DNA of 64,000 nucleotides from Balanoglossus misakiensis. Its lineage: Eukaryota; Animalia; Hemichordata. The notes under the pieces are model-generated. The model did not search any database, had not been told where the DNA came from, and was given only the letters and a program-made list of their open reading frames with translations. The position numbers were made by a program, and so were the translations under genes. Location: contig CM082588.2 of assembly GCA_040954595.2 (NCBI GenBank), positions 7,920,844-7,984,843 of the forward strand, in the 5' to 3' direction. The stretch's first letter is position 1. Each line of letters opens with the position of its first letter. Below, piece after piece: positions 27,621 through 42,170 of the stretch.

Positions 27621-28221
27621 ATGAAGGACACAATTTGTATGTAAGGAAATATGCAGAGAGTAGCAGAATATTTATTTAAACCAAGTGACACACTTTTGTA
27701 AGACACATTCCTGTACAGATTCAATTTAGTTCTGTTTCTTACCTCTGTGCAAAAATGCCAACATTTTCTGGAAATTGTACGATACTTATCAAGTTTGGAG
27801 ATGGCACAAGAGTTTATATATCTTAACTCATTGTTATGCATTTTTTTCTTTGCTTTATCTTTTCATTGAAATGTTTTGTCTTAATTTTTATAGGACCTGT
27901 AAATAAGACTTGTTCCAGTTGGTCTTTCTGGAAATCAATAAAGTCTGAGGAGACACCATTTCTGAAAAATCCATTTGCTTTATTTGGTCTAAACTACAGT
28001 TTTTTGGGGGTTGACAAATGAAATACACTTGTATTGCAAAATGGTATTTTTTGGTGCACATTCAACGCAGAAACAGTTGACCTTGGAAATCTTTATTTGT
28101 TTTCCAACAAATTTTCTCAAAAAACAACAGAAAATACTAGTTGTAGGTATTTGGATTTGTTTTCTTGCGCCATCTCTTAAAAATTCTCAAAAAAAGAGAG
28201 ATACCATCGTATGAAACTGTG

Positions 28222-28401
28222 TTAAAGGTAAACAGTCACCTCCAATTTACATACGCCCATATATGGCTGAAATGGTGTATATGAGTGTTCTAAAGAACAT
28301 ATGGTGGTGCTCTTTTTTTTCGCGTATGCCACCCACTGAAAATCTGTGATTGGCTAGATCACAATTTGCCATGGTAACTGTAGCTAACTGTATACCTTTA
28401 A
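28222..28401. mobile_element. TTAA-flanked MITE copy
   Basis: TTAAAGGTAAACAGT...ACTGTATACCTTTAA. Confidence 0.7.
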
Positions 28402-29481
28402 TTACTTGAGCTGCCACAAGATTGCCTCAGTGTTTTTGCTAAGGCCGGGAAACACTGGTAAATGAGTTGGGAACCCAGGTAACACTTCTGCTAGCTACCA
28501 ATATGACTGCATTGACATACAAAGGGGAACCCCGGTAAAATGACTTGGGAACCCTGGTAACATTTATCTGGCTAATGCCCTTAACAAAAACACTGCACTT
28601 TCTCTGCTATTTCAGTCCAAAGAACAATTACACCAGAAAAAATATGTGTGTCAATTAACGTCTTAAAAATAGAAAACATTGCAAGGGTTTCTTGAGCTTA
28701 GTCCCTTCTCAGGTCCAAAATGAAGTACCGGTAGTGTAAATATTTTTCTCCCAAATGGGGGACTGGTGGTGTTCATTCAGTAAAACGAAAAATAATTTTG
28801 CTTTTCCCATCATTGTGTACTTGTACGCACAGTCCATATATATTTCAGTCTTCCGTACATCTGCAAGAGAAAAAGAAATGTATTCAAAGTCCATGAGCTG
28901 TATGTTTAAGATTTTTTGAAATTATTGAGATCCTTGTATCAAGAACAGTTTCTCCTCGACTGATTTAAACATCATGAAATGCTCACTGTTTATCAACACA
29001 GGTCATGTCTGTGCATGCAGTCAGCATTGTTTGTTTGTGAACACTTGAATTCATTTCTCCAGAAACACTTACCACCAGTATTACTTGTACACAGACTATG
29101 ATGACAAGCAGAACACTTTTTAGCATAATGAAAATGTAGTCAAATAATAAAAATGCCCAATTAAAAAGTATTTAGACCATGGCGTACACTTGAGTATTTT
29201 TACGTACATGAATGTCTCAAATAAACACAGATAGTTGGTGATAGTGATAAGTATATCATTGGTGGTTGAGTTATGTTAGTATTATCTCCACAAATACTGC
29301 AACCCATCCAACATTACATTTCGAAAGCTTGTTGATGAGGTCATCAACATAGACATAAATAAATATGGGGAAGTACACCTCCTTAACCTAACTACATGAA
29401 TGTATAGAGGAACGCCCTATTAGCATTTTAACCTATCTGAAGTCAAATGCCATGAATATATTCGGGCGAAAACGAGGTTGA

Positions 29482-29492
29482 GGGGATTCCCC
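29482..29492 (+). promoter_or_regulatory. kappaB site upstream of unit 4
   Basis: GGGGATTCCCC. Confidence 0.5.
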
Positions 29493-29962
29493 GATGATAT
29501 CACCATTACGGACAACCATATATTTCTTTTTGTTTATACGTACTTGCCTCCTAGTATTTTGCGCCAATGTCAGTGGCCTTCACATTTGAAATCATAGCCC
29601 CCAAAAATCAATTTGTTGGACTTTTCTACACATATGATATAAAGTTACGAGAAACTTCATCTGATTGTATCATTCTAACCACTTAACTGTAGCACTCAAA
29701 ATATTTCAAGTGAGTTTCACATATACATATACATGGAACTGTAAGGCCACTGTGCCAAGCCTCTGTTAGTCGTAGTTAAGAGTTCAGACTGTTTGTGATT
29801 TGAGCACAGAGTTGGAATTTGCGCCTGTTTGTAGAAAATGTGAACAATTTAGTGTATCACCAATACTGTTCGAGTTAATCTTGGAAGTGGAGATCTTCAT
29901 ATATCTGCGCCCAAGTGCTTCCAGAACTGGAGTCAAGTTGTGTTTTGTGATATCGTACAAAG

Positions 29963-31433
29963 ATGGCGACTTGTGGTGCATTTTTAACTACAGCCGAGAA
30001 GGTGAATCACGCTAGACTTTGTCGACTACTTATCGACGGCGGATCTAAAGCGGTGAGATGTATATTTGACAAGAGAATTCCATCTAATCTTACACTTGCG
30101 GACACACTGAAGAACCATAAAGTTTCGTTACAGAGACTTCGTCCAAATGTTATCAGTGATGGTCAGTGGGATCTGTTATACCCAACCCAACCCAACCTTG
30201 TCAAGTCTCAATATTTCGACATTACATTGCTCACAGTTTTATTACGGAATATCTGTGGCCTTCGACATCCAAGAGATAGAGTATGGACACATCATCCCTC
30301 CCCTGGTGATCTCCGTGTTGAAGCTGATGTGACCCGAATAAGAGAGTTCAGGAATAGACTTCAACACATGACGGGCACAGCTGTCCCTGAGAGCGAATTT
30401 CAATCTTTCTGGGATGACATTAGTAAAGTATTGGTACGTCTTGGCGCTAAGCAGGGAGATATCGATCAGTTAAAGACTGCGAGTATGGACCTTGCCGAGA
30501 CAGACAAATACAAACAAACTTTAAAGCACTGGGAAGAATCTGACATGGTGCTGGAAAAGTTCCTACAGCGTATGGAAGAGAAAATTGGCGATCAAACTCG
30601 TCAGCTTGGTCAGATATCAGAGACACAGAGTGACCATAGCAGTACTTTGGCTGATATCGAACAGAACCAACAAGAAACGACTCAACATCTTGGTCAGATA
30701 TCAGAGACACAGACTGGCCATAGCAGTACTTTGGCTGATATCGAACAGAACCAACGGGAGAACCAACAAGAAACAACTCAACATCTTGGTCAGATATCAG
30801 AGACACAGAGTGGCCATAGCAGTACTTTGGCTGATATTGAACAGAACCAACGGGAGAACCAACAAGAAACGACTCAACATCTTGGTCAGATATCAGAGAC
30901 ACAGAGTGGCCATAGCAGTACTTTGGCTGATATTGAACAGAACCAACGGGAGAACCAACAAGAAACAACTCAACATCTTGGTCAGATATCAGAGACACAG
31001 AGTGGCCATAGCAGTACTTTGGCTGATATTGAACAGAACCAACGGGAGAACCAACAAGAAACGACTCAACATCTTGGTCAGATATCAGAGACACAGAGTG
31101 GCCATAGCAGTACTTTGGCTGATATGCAACAGAACCAACGGGAGAACCAACAAGAAACAACTCAACATCTTGGTCAGATATCAGAGACACAGAGTGACCA
31201 TAGCAGTACTTTGGCTGATATCGAACAGAACCAACGGGAGAACCAACAAGAAACAACTCAACATCTTGGTCAGATATCAGAGACACAGAGTGGCCATAGC
31301 AGTACTTTGGCTGATATCGAACAGAACCAACAAGAATCAACTCAACATCTTGGTCAGATATCAGAGACACTGGTTGACATTAAAGAAGGCCTCAAGACTT
31401 CACATACCAGTGAGTCAAGAACATGTGTTCCAG
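29963..31433 (+). CDS. NLR unit 4 exon 1, HEPN + 8 coiled-coil repeats
   Basis: RNRLQH motif; donor CCAG|GTAATA. Confidence 0.9.
30608..31351 (+). repeat. 96/84-bp coding VNTR, pattern SLLLLLLS
   Basis: Counted from translation. Confidence 0.95.
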
Positions 31434-32194
31434 GTAATAATTAAGATTGACAAGTGGAATGCATTTCTATGGCTGAAATCTACAATCTTGTAGGTTTTTT
31501 AGAATTTGTATAATTTTTGGTCAAACTTAATTTTTCCTTCATGGTCTCATAAATTATATGTGCAGATAAGAAATCATATTCCAACTTGGTCAGATGACCC
31601 TGAGGGCCAATCTGGGTTAGCTTATTTCACATCTCAAGTCGTACCTCATAATCATACATTGCATAGACCATCATAAGCAAGTTTTATACTTATGTTTGCA
31701 ATATATGAGAATGGGAATAATCAGGAAATCAAGATAATTACAATCCCACTTTTCTGGGGAGTCCAAAATCATGTTAGGTGGTGACATGTTGGTTTTTTGC
31801 TGCCATTTATCTTAAAGGGACAAAGACTCTCTCTCACTTCCCCTTTTCCATTAATAATGTTTGATACATGACACTGTTTATGTTATTCTACATGTGGATA
31901 TATATATAGTGAATCAACATTCGACCGCACACAACTTCCATCCCACTTGTATATGAGAGCAACAAATCTCGCCAAAATGAATATGGTCGAACGTTGATTC
32001 ACTATAATATCCACATGTAGAATAACGTAAACAGTGTCTTTTATCAAACATAATTAATGGAAAAAGGGCAGCGAGAAAGAGACTTTAATGTCCCATTAAT
32101 GGCGACATCATGGTTGCTTAGTTTAAAAAAAAGATTCTGTTGTACACCACCATTAAAAATAACTTTTTCTATAAATTCTCTCCTTTATCTCAAG

Positions 32195-32326
32195 ATGTTT
32201 CCTGTGCTTGGTGCAACTGTAAGAGTGATAATCTCAAGAAGTTTATACGCTGTTGTGCAGTGATGTATTGTGGGAAAGACTGTCAGAAACAACACTGGAT
32301 GAAAGGTCACAGAGAAGAATGCAAAG
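32195..32326 (+). CDS. NLR unit 4 exon 2, zf-MYND
   Basis: As unit 1. Confidence 0.8.
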
Positions 32327-32942
32327 GTACAATTGATCATTTTCTGAACTCCACGTGACCCCACGAGATTTCACGTAGCTAAGCAATTTATATGGGAGGA
32401 CATTCCCCTGGCACAGGGCAAACAATTAACATGTCCCACCATATTCAATGGCACAAACAATTTCCTTTTTTGTTAAACTCTGCATTCACCTATTCTAATT
32501 TCTTAGCTACCAACCCGTTGCTATGGTAATTAAACAAGTCTCAGGAGATTTCTCAATGAGCTGGAAATCATCATTGTTAAAGTCTGCAGCTATATTCTAG
32601 TTACATACCAAGCTAGATAGTATGAAAATATTCACAAACACTTTTTAGTACATGTAAGAACTTATAAATAAGATACTGAAAATTTCCATGTTTCACACAT
32701 AATGTTTGTATTCTCATGTGCAGAGCTGTCTGTCAAAAAGCTGGGGGTAATCACGACATGACCCTGCCTATGTGGAACACAATATGTGGTTCATATACTA
32801 CGGTAGTTGTGGGTCATAATACTTATAGTATACCATATGTAACCCCTGACTACATTATACTTAGTACAATGATGTTTTACAGCTTGTACTAAATCTGCAA
32901 TGCAAAAGTCATATCATCAATGTTATAATTGTTTTTCTACAG

Positions 32943-35788
32943 ATACTTCTGCAGAGTTTGAGTGGCTTAAAGACTATCTCAAAGGATTGTACAGCCATGA
33001 CTTTGACAAGTTCCAACCATTGCCATGGAATGAAAACTTCTCACTCCATTTATCTGATGTCTATACCCGACTGAAGATGGTAGAGGTTGATGAAAGGGGT
33101 AAGATCATTGAGGACAATGAAGAAAATGACACTGTAGTTCATGAGAGTGCAATATTTGAAGCAGATAGAAAAGGAGTGAGACCACGTAGAATAAGAATTG
33201 AAGGACCTCCAGCTATTGGCAAGTCAATGTTTTCTAGAAAGCTAGCCTACAACTGGGCTTGTGGAAATTTAGAGCAATTTAAATTAGTCTTTCTGTTGGA
33301 AATAAGATATATGAGTAAAGAATCAATCATAGAAACCATATTTGATCAATTACTTCCTGATGATGCAGAAATTTCCAGAGATGAGCTTGACAAGGTTCTG
33401 AAAAGGAATGCAGATTCTGTGCTGTTCCTCTGTGATGGTTTGGATGAAATGTGTAAGGATTTCAAGGAAAGTTCCGATATAAGTCGGATTATTGCAAAGA
33501 AATTATTGCCAAGATGTACAGTAGCTATCACAACCAGGCCCCATGAATGTGACACACAGCTGAAAAACTGTGATTCACATTATCACATACAGGGCTTCAC
33601 AGAGAGTGATTGTAGGGAATATATCAGGAAGTACTTCAAGAATAAGTCTGAGACTGGTGAGAATTTGATCACAAATTTAGAACAAAACCTTGAGTTTGAA
33701 TGGTTGGATGATTTCCTTAGTAATCCCTTACATGTTTCATTTCTTTGTGTACTGTGGGAGGATCATCAAGATGGTGACCATTTCCCAACTAGAGTGACAG
33801 AGTTGTATTTTGAAGTATTGCAGTGTATTTTGAAGAGGTATTGTTCCAAGACTGGAGTCAGTCTTGATGAACAAGGAGAAGTACCCGTTGATATCATGGC
33901 TGATGTAAATAAACTGACTGCCATTGCTTATAATTATCTGAAACAGGGAAATATACTCATAAATGAGGTAGATGTGATGCCATCATGGCTCTTGTCACTA
34001 GGGTTACTTGTGCGTGATTGCGGTGTATCTCGCACAAAACCAAAGAAAGTTTGTTTCTTTTGTCACAAAACTTGGCTGGAATATTTTGCTGCTTTACATA
34101 TTGCTGAATGTGTGAAGGATACTGCTTCCTTTGATGAGTTTCAATTTTTATCTGACGACATTCACCGCAATTTCCAAGTCTTTGTATTTCTGACTGGCAC
34201 TCTGAAGGAGAAAGCTGGTCCAGTATTTAAGGAAGTTGGGATGGAGACGTGCAAGTCTGCAGGTGATGCTGACTTAATAGGCAAAATGAACCGCTATATA
34301 GATTTCTTACATGAAAGTGTCAATTATCAAGCATTTTTGAAATTCATAGAACCCATCCTTTATCAACTTAAGTGTTTCTTTTGTGATCCTTTAGTTTATT
34401 TAAGAGTAAGACCTTCTATGGTTGTCAGTTCTTTGTCTTCACCATCACCATTTATTCTAAGTGACGATTTGAATTTGCGTACATTGCTTTTTAAATATAG
34501 TTACTTGATGATAATCATTGATATACTGAAGTATGAACACTCAGGTGAAAGGAGACCCAAATTTGGTAAAATTCTTGAGATAGATATCAAAAATATGCAA
34601 TCATCAGCGATATCCTATTTGGCGGAGGAACTGGAGAAGAATCTTATTTCTCTTGAATGGCTTGCGTTGTATGTGACTCCATCCAGTGACAAGAATCTGC
34701 TTCAGTTGGCAAAAGCTATCAGAGAAACCAAAGCAGTACAAAACATTTATATCAATCTACAGATTGATAGGGATAATGTTGTTGACAGCACTCCCAATGA
34801 AAGATGTAAGCAAGGCACCTCAAATAAAGAAACAGATTTGACATCACGCACTTTAAGAAACCTTATCGAAAATGCTGTGAAAAATAAGCATATTGATTGT
34901 TTGTCATTGCATACAGTTGACCAGTCTGACAATCAACGGGAGGTAATTGATAACATAGTTCCATTTAAGTCATTCGAACAGGCCAGGCACTTTCATAATA
35001 TTGTGGAAACCAGAACAGGTTTAAATAGTGCATTATTGAAAGTTGCTGATATGCTTGAACACTGTCAATCTACCAAGGTTTGTCATTTTGTATTTTTTGA
35101 GGATTTCACATATCCTGCCATTGAGGGTAGTACTGCAAGAGCTTTGTTAAAAGCTGTTCAAAATATCAGCAAAACAATAAAATCTCTTAGATTGATTGTC
35201 ACATCAGAATATGTAAATTTACCTTATGTAGTTCCACCTGGATCATTGCCAATATCTCATGTTGTGAATGAGATTTTACATATTTTGATGTCTTACACCA
35301 CATTAGAGGATCTTAAGTTATTTATAGAGAATGAAAATGTTGTTGCTGTATCGAAGTTTATTCAATGTAATAAGTCTGTCAAGTCACTGTCCTTTGCTCT
35401 GTATCAGCCCATAATGAGCATAGACCATTTATGTTCAGCTCTCTGTGCTGCTTTGAGTTCCAATACAACTCTGGAAAGCTTTGCGCTGGAACTTTGTGAC
35501 ATATGTATGCCATCTGTCAACCCTGAACCTTCCACTGAGCATAAGTATATTAGTCAATTGATTATACCAACACATAGGTTATTGTGTGGTGGAATAACCG
35601 CATTGAAGACGATCTCATTTACTTTTCAATCATCACGTCCAGAACGCAGTGATTATATTGTCAATGTCATGACCGAGTATTTTAAAGGAAACATTTCAGG
35701 GTCATACCAATACACTGTGAAGAGTTTGATGAGGTTCGGTAATATAATATTTATTCACTTTCTGGAAGTATCGATCAGTGAACCCTAG
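32943..35788 (+). CDS. NLR unit 4 exon 3, NACHT + LRR-like (spliced product ~1482 aa)
   Basis: Acceptor TTTTTCTACAG|; intact frame. Confidence 0.92.
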
Positions 35789-36194
35789 AGAATGCTTAAA
35801 GCCACATTTGCATAAGATGCATTCTGCTATATAGGGGAGACTCCATGCAAAATTGTAAACTTTAGTTTTTTTTACATACACTTAATTTAAGGTACAGATA
35901 TAAAATATACCAGGTAACAGACTATACTACAAACATCAATGTTTGTACAGTTAGACAAACTGACGAGGAATTTTCAACATACTGTATCCAGACGGAAATA
36001 TAACCAATTTACTAAGGACACACAAAGTGAACAAATAAACCAAATTTGATTTGTTCACTTTATAACAGTACTAGAATCAAATATCTACCACAAAGTGTTT
36101 TTCTTGACCGTAACTATGACAAATTCAATAGGCTTATGAGTTCCACAGATTTACGGGTATTATTAAATATTTGCAAGTATGTTTATAAAGCTAT

Positions 36195-36555
36195 GGCTGT
36201 GAGAAGAACAGCCACTTATAGGATGAATAATATTGTTCAACTTTCTTTGTATTTGTGTAGTCAGCATTCACTTTGTATTTGTGTGATGTATTACTTTATT
36301 TGAGAACTGGATGTTCTCCTTGCATTTGGACCTGAGGTCTTGAAACGCAATAAATTACTATTATTATTACTGGCTGTGAGAAGAGCAGCCACTTGCCACT
36401 CATAGAGTGTATAATATTGTTCAACTTTCTTTGTATTTGTGTAGTCAGCATTCACTTTGTATTTGTGTGATGTATTACTTTATTTGAGAACTGGATGTTC
36501 TCCTTGCATTTGGACCTGAGGTCTTCAAACGCAATAAATTACTATTATTATTACT
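36195..36555 (+). repeat. ~185-bp 3' repeat, 2 copies
   Basis: Same unit. Confidence 0.88.
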
Positions 36556-37170
36556 AAGGACACAATTTGTATGTAAGGAAAGATGCGGAGAGTAGCAGAA
36601 TATTTATTTAAACCAAGTGACACACTTTTGTAAGACACATTCCTGTACAGATTCAATTTAGTTCTGTTTCTTACCTCTGTCCAAAATGCCAACATTTGCT
36701 GGAAATTGTATGAGACTTATCAAGTTTGGAGATGGCACAACAAGAGTTTATATATCTTAACCCATTGTTATGCATTTGCTTATTTCTATTTATTGCTTTA
36801 CTTTATTGTTTTTTTATTGAAATGTTTTTTTCTTAATTTCTATAGAACCTGTAAATGAGACTTGTTCCAGTTGGTCTTCCTTGAAATAAATATAGTCTGA
36901 GAAGAAAGCAATTCTGAAAAATCTGTTTTCTTTATTTGGTCTAAACTAGTTTTTGGGGGTTGACAAAGGAAATACACTTGTATTGCAAAATGGTATTTTT
37001 TGGTGCACATTTAACGCAGAAACAGTTGACCTTGGAAATCTTCATTTGATTCCCAACAAATTTTCTCAAAAAACAACAGAAAATACTAGTTGTAGGTATT
37101 TGGATGTTTTCTCACACCATCTTTTAAAAATTCTCAAAAAAAAAGAGAGATACCATTGTATGAAACTGTG

Positions 37171-37349
37171 TTAAAGGTATACAGTCACCTCCAATTTAAA
37201 TACGCCCATGTATGGCTGAAATGGCATATTTGAGTGTTCTACAAGACATATGGAGGTGCTCTTTTTTTCGCGTGTGGCACCCACTGAAAATCTGTGATTG
37301 GCTAGATCTCAATTTGCCATGGTAACTGTAGCTAACTGTATACCTTTAA
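37171..37349. mobile_element. TTAA-flanked MITE copy
   Basis: TTAAAGGTATACAGT...ACTGTATACCTTTAA. Confidence 0.72.
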
Positions 37350-39634
37350 TTACTTGAGCTGCCACAAGATTGCCTCAGTGTTTTTGCTAAGGCCGGGAAA
37401 CACTGGTAAATGAGTTGGGAACCCCGGTAACGCTTCTGCTAGCTACTAATATGACTGCATTGACATACAAAGGGGAACCGTGGTAACATTTATCTGGCTA
37501 CTGCCCTTAACAAAAACATTGCACTTTCTCTGCTATTTCAGTCCAAAGAACAATTACACCAGAAAAAATATGTGTGTCAATTAATTTCTTAAAAATAGAA
37601 AACATTGCAAGGGTTTCCTGAGCTAGTCCCTTCTCAGGTCCAAAATGAAGTAGTGTAATTTTTTTTCTCCCAAATGGGGACTGGTGGTGTTCATTCAGTA
37701 CAACGAAAAACAATTCTCGCTCCTCCCATCATTTGTGTACTTGTACGCACAGTCCAATATATATTTCAGTCTGCCGTACATCTGCAAGAGAAAAAGACAT
37801 GTATTCAAAGTCCATGAGCTGTACGTTTAGGATTTTTTGAAATTATTGTGATCTTTGTATAGTTTCTCCTAAACCAATTTAAACATCATGAAATGCTCAC
37901 TGTTTATCAACACAGTTCATGTCTGTGCATGCAGTCAGCATTGTTTGTTTGTAAACACTTGAATTCATTTCTCCAGAAACACTTACCACCAGTATTACTT
38001 GTACACAGACTATGTTGACAAGCAGAACACTTTTTAGCATAATGAAAATGTAGTCAAATAATAAAAATGCCCAATTAAAAAGTATTAGACCATGGCGTAC
38101 ACTTGAGTATTTTTACGTACATGAATGTCTCAAATAAACACAGATAGTTGGTGATAGTGATAAGTATATCATTAGTGGTTGAGTTATGTTAGTATTGACT
38201 CCACAAATACTGCAACCTAACCAACATTACATTTCGAAAGCTTGTTGATGAGGTCATCAACATAGACATAAATAAATATGGGAAAGTACACCTCCTTAAC
38301 CTAACTACATGGATATATAGAGGAACACCGTATTAGCATTTTGACCTATCTGAAGTCAAATGCCATGTGAACACTTGAATTCATTTCTCCAGAAACACTT
38401 ACCACCAGTATTACTTGTACACAGACTATGTTGACAAGCAGAACACTTTTGAGCATGATGAAAATGTAGTCAAATTATAAAGCTAATGCCCAATTAAAAA
38501 GTATTAGACCACTTGAGTATTTTTATGTACATGAATGTCTCAAATAAACACAAGGTAGCTTTCAACCTTGTAGCTTTCATCACACTGGAGTTGACCCTTG
38601 ACCTTACAGGGGTATTTTAAGAACACTGTGCGTATCTCTGAACGCTACAAGGCGATTTTCGAGCGTAAAGATCAATTTTCTGCAATTCAGCTCCAGATAT
38701 AAGGCTGAGAGGGCTGATAATAATATTGTGGGGAATAGAAGGTTCCCGTGTTTCCAGCTACAAATGATTTGTTTGGGATTATTTTTCTATCGCGTAGGAT
38801 TCTTAGAGAAAGCCTCTTAGTGATACGCTTCAATTGAAAGAATTATCTTACAGGACACTTGCATCAGATTTAGGGTGGGGGGAGGGGGGGGGGTATTACA
38901 GATATATTCTTCGACGGACTTTCACTGTAATTACATCAGTCCATTCACATGTGGAGTTCGTGACAACATACTTTTGATGTTGATATGGACCGAACCCAAC
39001 TCATCGGTTTGGCCAAATTAATAAGGTGTTCTCTGAGTAGCGACTAAAGATTAAAAGAGATAAAAAATGCAAACTTTGAAAAATAATATGCCAGTTTTTA
39101 AGTTCAGTGTTTTTTAAATCACAAATTAAAGCTCTGTACCTAAAATATAGCACCATTCGACCTACAGACTGAAACCTGACCACTTCTACTCCATAATCCC
39201 CCGTTTTGAAAGTAAAACATATTTCATATACTGAATAACTTTTATGATAACATTTTGTCTTAAATGTAGGTGTATTTACATCAATACAAACTTAAAAATA
39301 AGGGTACTCCTACTACTTGTTTGAATTCTAATGATACAAGAGAACTACTGTATAAGAATACCAATTAAATAATGTACTATCATACTCGAAAACTTTTTTT
39401 CACTCTCTCCGCATTCTTCATGATTTTTTTTTTAAATTGTCTAAGATTCTCTTTACTACGTTTACAGCTACAGTACAATGTATGAAGCCATGTTGATATA
39501 CCCAAAGACTATATGTTGTAATTTTTGATCTTATCAAATACATGCAGCTAGTTGTCCTTCATTACAAATTAAAACAAAGGATCAGATAGTCCGTATGTAA
39601 ATGAGGCCATCAACGCTCATCTATTTTCAGCCCC

Positions 39635-39721
39635 TGACGTCATCGGTGTTCCCCCTGCATGCCCTGATGTGATTGGCTATTGATGACGTGTTCTCTGTGT
39701 TGCTAAATTTAGTGCTATAAA
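39635..39721 (+). promoter_or_regulatory. Putative AAC4-like promoter (CRE/CCAAT/TATA)
   Basis: Same motif set as 15919-16005. Confidence 0.55.
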
Positions 39722-40120
39722 CAAACACTCTGCAATCATGTGCAATATATTGAGGAATCGTAGTACGGGCAGCTGATCACCGCTAAAAGCATGTAGATTG
39801 TATTTGGTGCATTTCCCAGTTAAGCTGATGTATTGCTAAACATATGTAGAAGAAATTTACGGCCCGGGTAACGATGACAACTGCCGCTAGACGAACGAGC
39901 CAACACCGGAAGACGCATCGACGGAGTTTTACCGGGTTCCACCCGACCCGTCCGCCGAAGACGCAGACGTGTCGTCGATGCTTTCTTCGCCGATGAACGA
40001 AACGCATGTCCCAAGAAGTTATCACACGCAAGACAACAGTCGCCTCCACCACTAAACCTCTACCTTGGCGACAACTTTGCCGTCAAGCTTCACGACTTGT
40101 TCAAATTTGAGAAAGACGTC

Positions 40121-41355
40121 ATGAACAACAGTGAAGGTGGTTTGATACGCTGTGAGTTTGAAGTGAGGCGTGGATTTGATGAGATGAAGCTATCGGAGCA
40201 AGCGAAGAGAATTTACACCAGTCCAAACGCCGGTGGAAATTCAGTTGAGTCCGAAGTACTGAGGTAATATTTTTACATGCCATGGAAAAGAGAAAGAAAT
40301 CCACACACAAAAAAAATTCTAAGCAGGATGTTGAGATTCCGCTGTGAATTGCCAGTCGAAATAAATAATAACAGCTATTTTTATTTTTTTGTCTGAAAAT
40401 CTGCGTTTATTCGTTTTTTTACCTCCAAAACTTACGAATGGAGACCACAATGAACTGAGTTCGATTGGATCGTGCATCAACTAAATGTAAAGAAAACGGC
40501 GTGTTTTTAATGTTGATAAAAACGACCGTTTAGAGGGCTAAAAGTGGTCACAAAATGGCAATTTTGTCTTAAGTTGGGTCAGTAAGACTTTTTTTTCGAA
40601 TCAACACCAGTTTCAATTTAGACCAGACTTAAGCTTCCCAAACCTTCTATACAAAATTATGTTTAATCTATTTATATTTAATCTAATTTGATTTATCTAT
40701 TTCTAAGAAATGTATGTTTTCCAAGAGTAAATGATGACAACTTGAAATTGCAACAAACTTGTTAGTATCACTGTTTATATCTATAATAGTACAATTTATA
40801 TTTCCCCCTGTTTTACCCCCGACAGTTTTGAACTGCTGAAGCGCTGTTTTAGAGCAAGATTGCTGAAGACGGAGATGGAAGTCAATTATTTCCCATACGG
40901 CGGATCCATCACCGACTACACCTGCCATATGTTTGACACCAAATTGGGCGTGTCGGTCACCAGGGCGATGAAGTTCAAAGGTCAATACGAAACGGAGGAC
41001 GCGGAGAAACTACTGAGAAAGAAATTACAGGGTGAGAAACAAGAGTTATTCAGATAGTAAGAAATGGTATGGAGTTTGCCTTTTAAAAGAACAAGCAATT
41101 ATTTTACTTAATACTAATCTAATTCTTCTCGTATCATTTTTAGGTATTACCACGGCAACGAGAAATTCCTTAGAAGGCTGGTCCAAGCAAATATTACATG
41201 TGTGGGCTGCCTCCACTCACATTGCGAACACTGTCGCGGATGTTTACTACAGACTGTCGAGGGATATAACCTCAAACACGGTAGTTTTAATCACAACAGC
41301 CAGCAGACGATCTAGTATATTCAGCAACTCGACAAACACCCGGGGAAGAGCCTAA
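40121..41355 (+). CDS. AAC4-like protein, spliced (40121-40263, 40826-41031, 41144-41355); start uncertain
   Basis: Same exons, splice sites and frame as the 16405 copy, without the intronic insertion. Confidence 0.78.
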
Positions 41356-42159
41356 TTCTTAAAACCCGGCGACGGTTGATTTCAGAGGCGATTTCAAACA
41401 CTCAATATGGTTGAAAAATAACGAGAAAGACTTTTAATCAGACTCATAATCGCACAGTTGATAATGTAATATAATAGTTATATTATATCTGTACACGTAC
41501 GTAAGGACGGAATTGTTTTCTGAAGACATGAATTTGAAAGACATGCGTTTGTTTTATTATATTAAATTGTATAAAACGTGGTATTATGAATCTATATTTC
41601 TAAGATCTTTTTCAACTTCTTTCTTTCATTCGATTTAGGATTTTGTTACCAATAAAGTTTTTCGTTTCTCTTATTTACGGGATATTTAGTGCGACTGAGA
41701 CGTGAAAACAATGTGGCTTTGTGTTTACGTCCAATGATGTGCATCGCGAACACTGAGCAGAGAGAGATGGAGAGATAGCGAGAGAGAGTATTTTGAGAAA
41801 AGGCTGCAAAATAACGTTTTCCACATGGATATATAGCATTTTGACTAGACTTGCTCAACCTTGACTTGCTCCAAGTCTAGACTATGGGCTTCATTATGTG
41901 TAGGGAACGCATAGGCCCATACGCTACCCGAAACCACAAGCTCAGTCCCAAATTCGAAACTCACCTCACTACCAAAAACACGCTTAAGGCAAGCATGCAC
42001 GCAAAAAGTATTGAAATTATTTATTAAGACAAAAAAACAACATCGAAAACACATTAAGTATTGAGATTTAAAAATCACCAAGCGACTAGTGGGCTAGTCT
42101 ACATTTTGACCTATCTGAAGTCAAATGCCATGAATATATTCAGGCGAAAACGAGGTTGA

Positions 42160-42170
42160 GGGGATTCCCC
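42160..42170 (+). promoter_or_regulatory. kappaB site upstream of unit 5
   Basis: GGGGATTCCCC. Confidence 0.5.
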
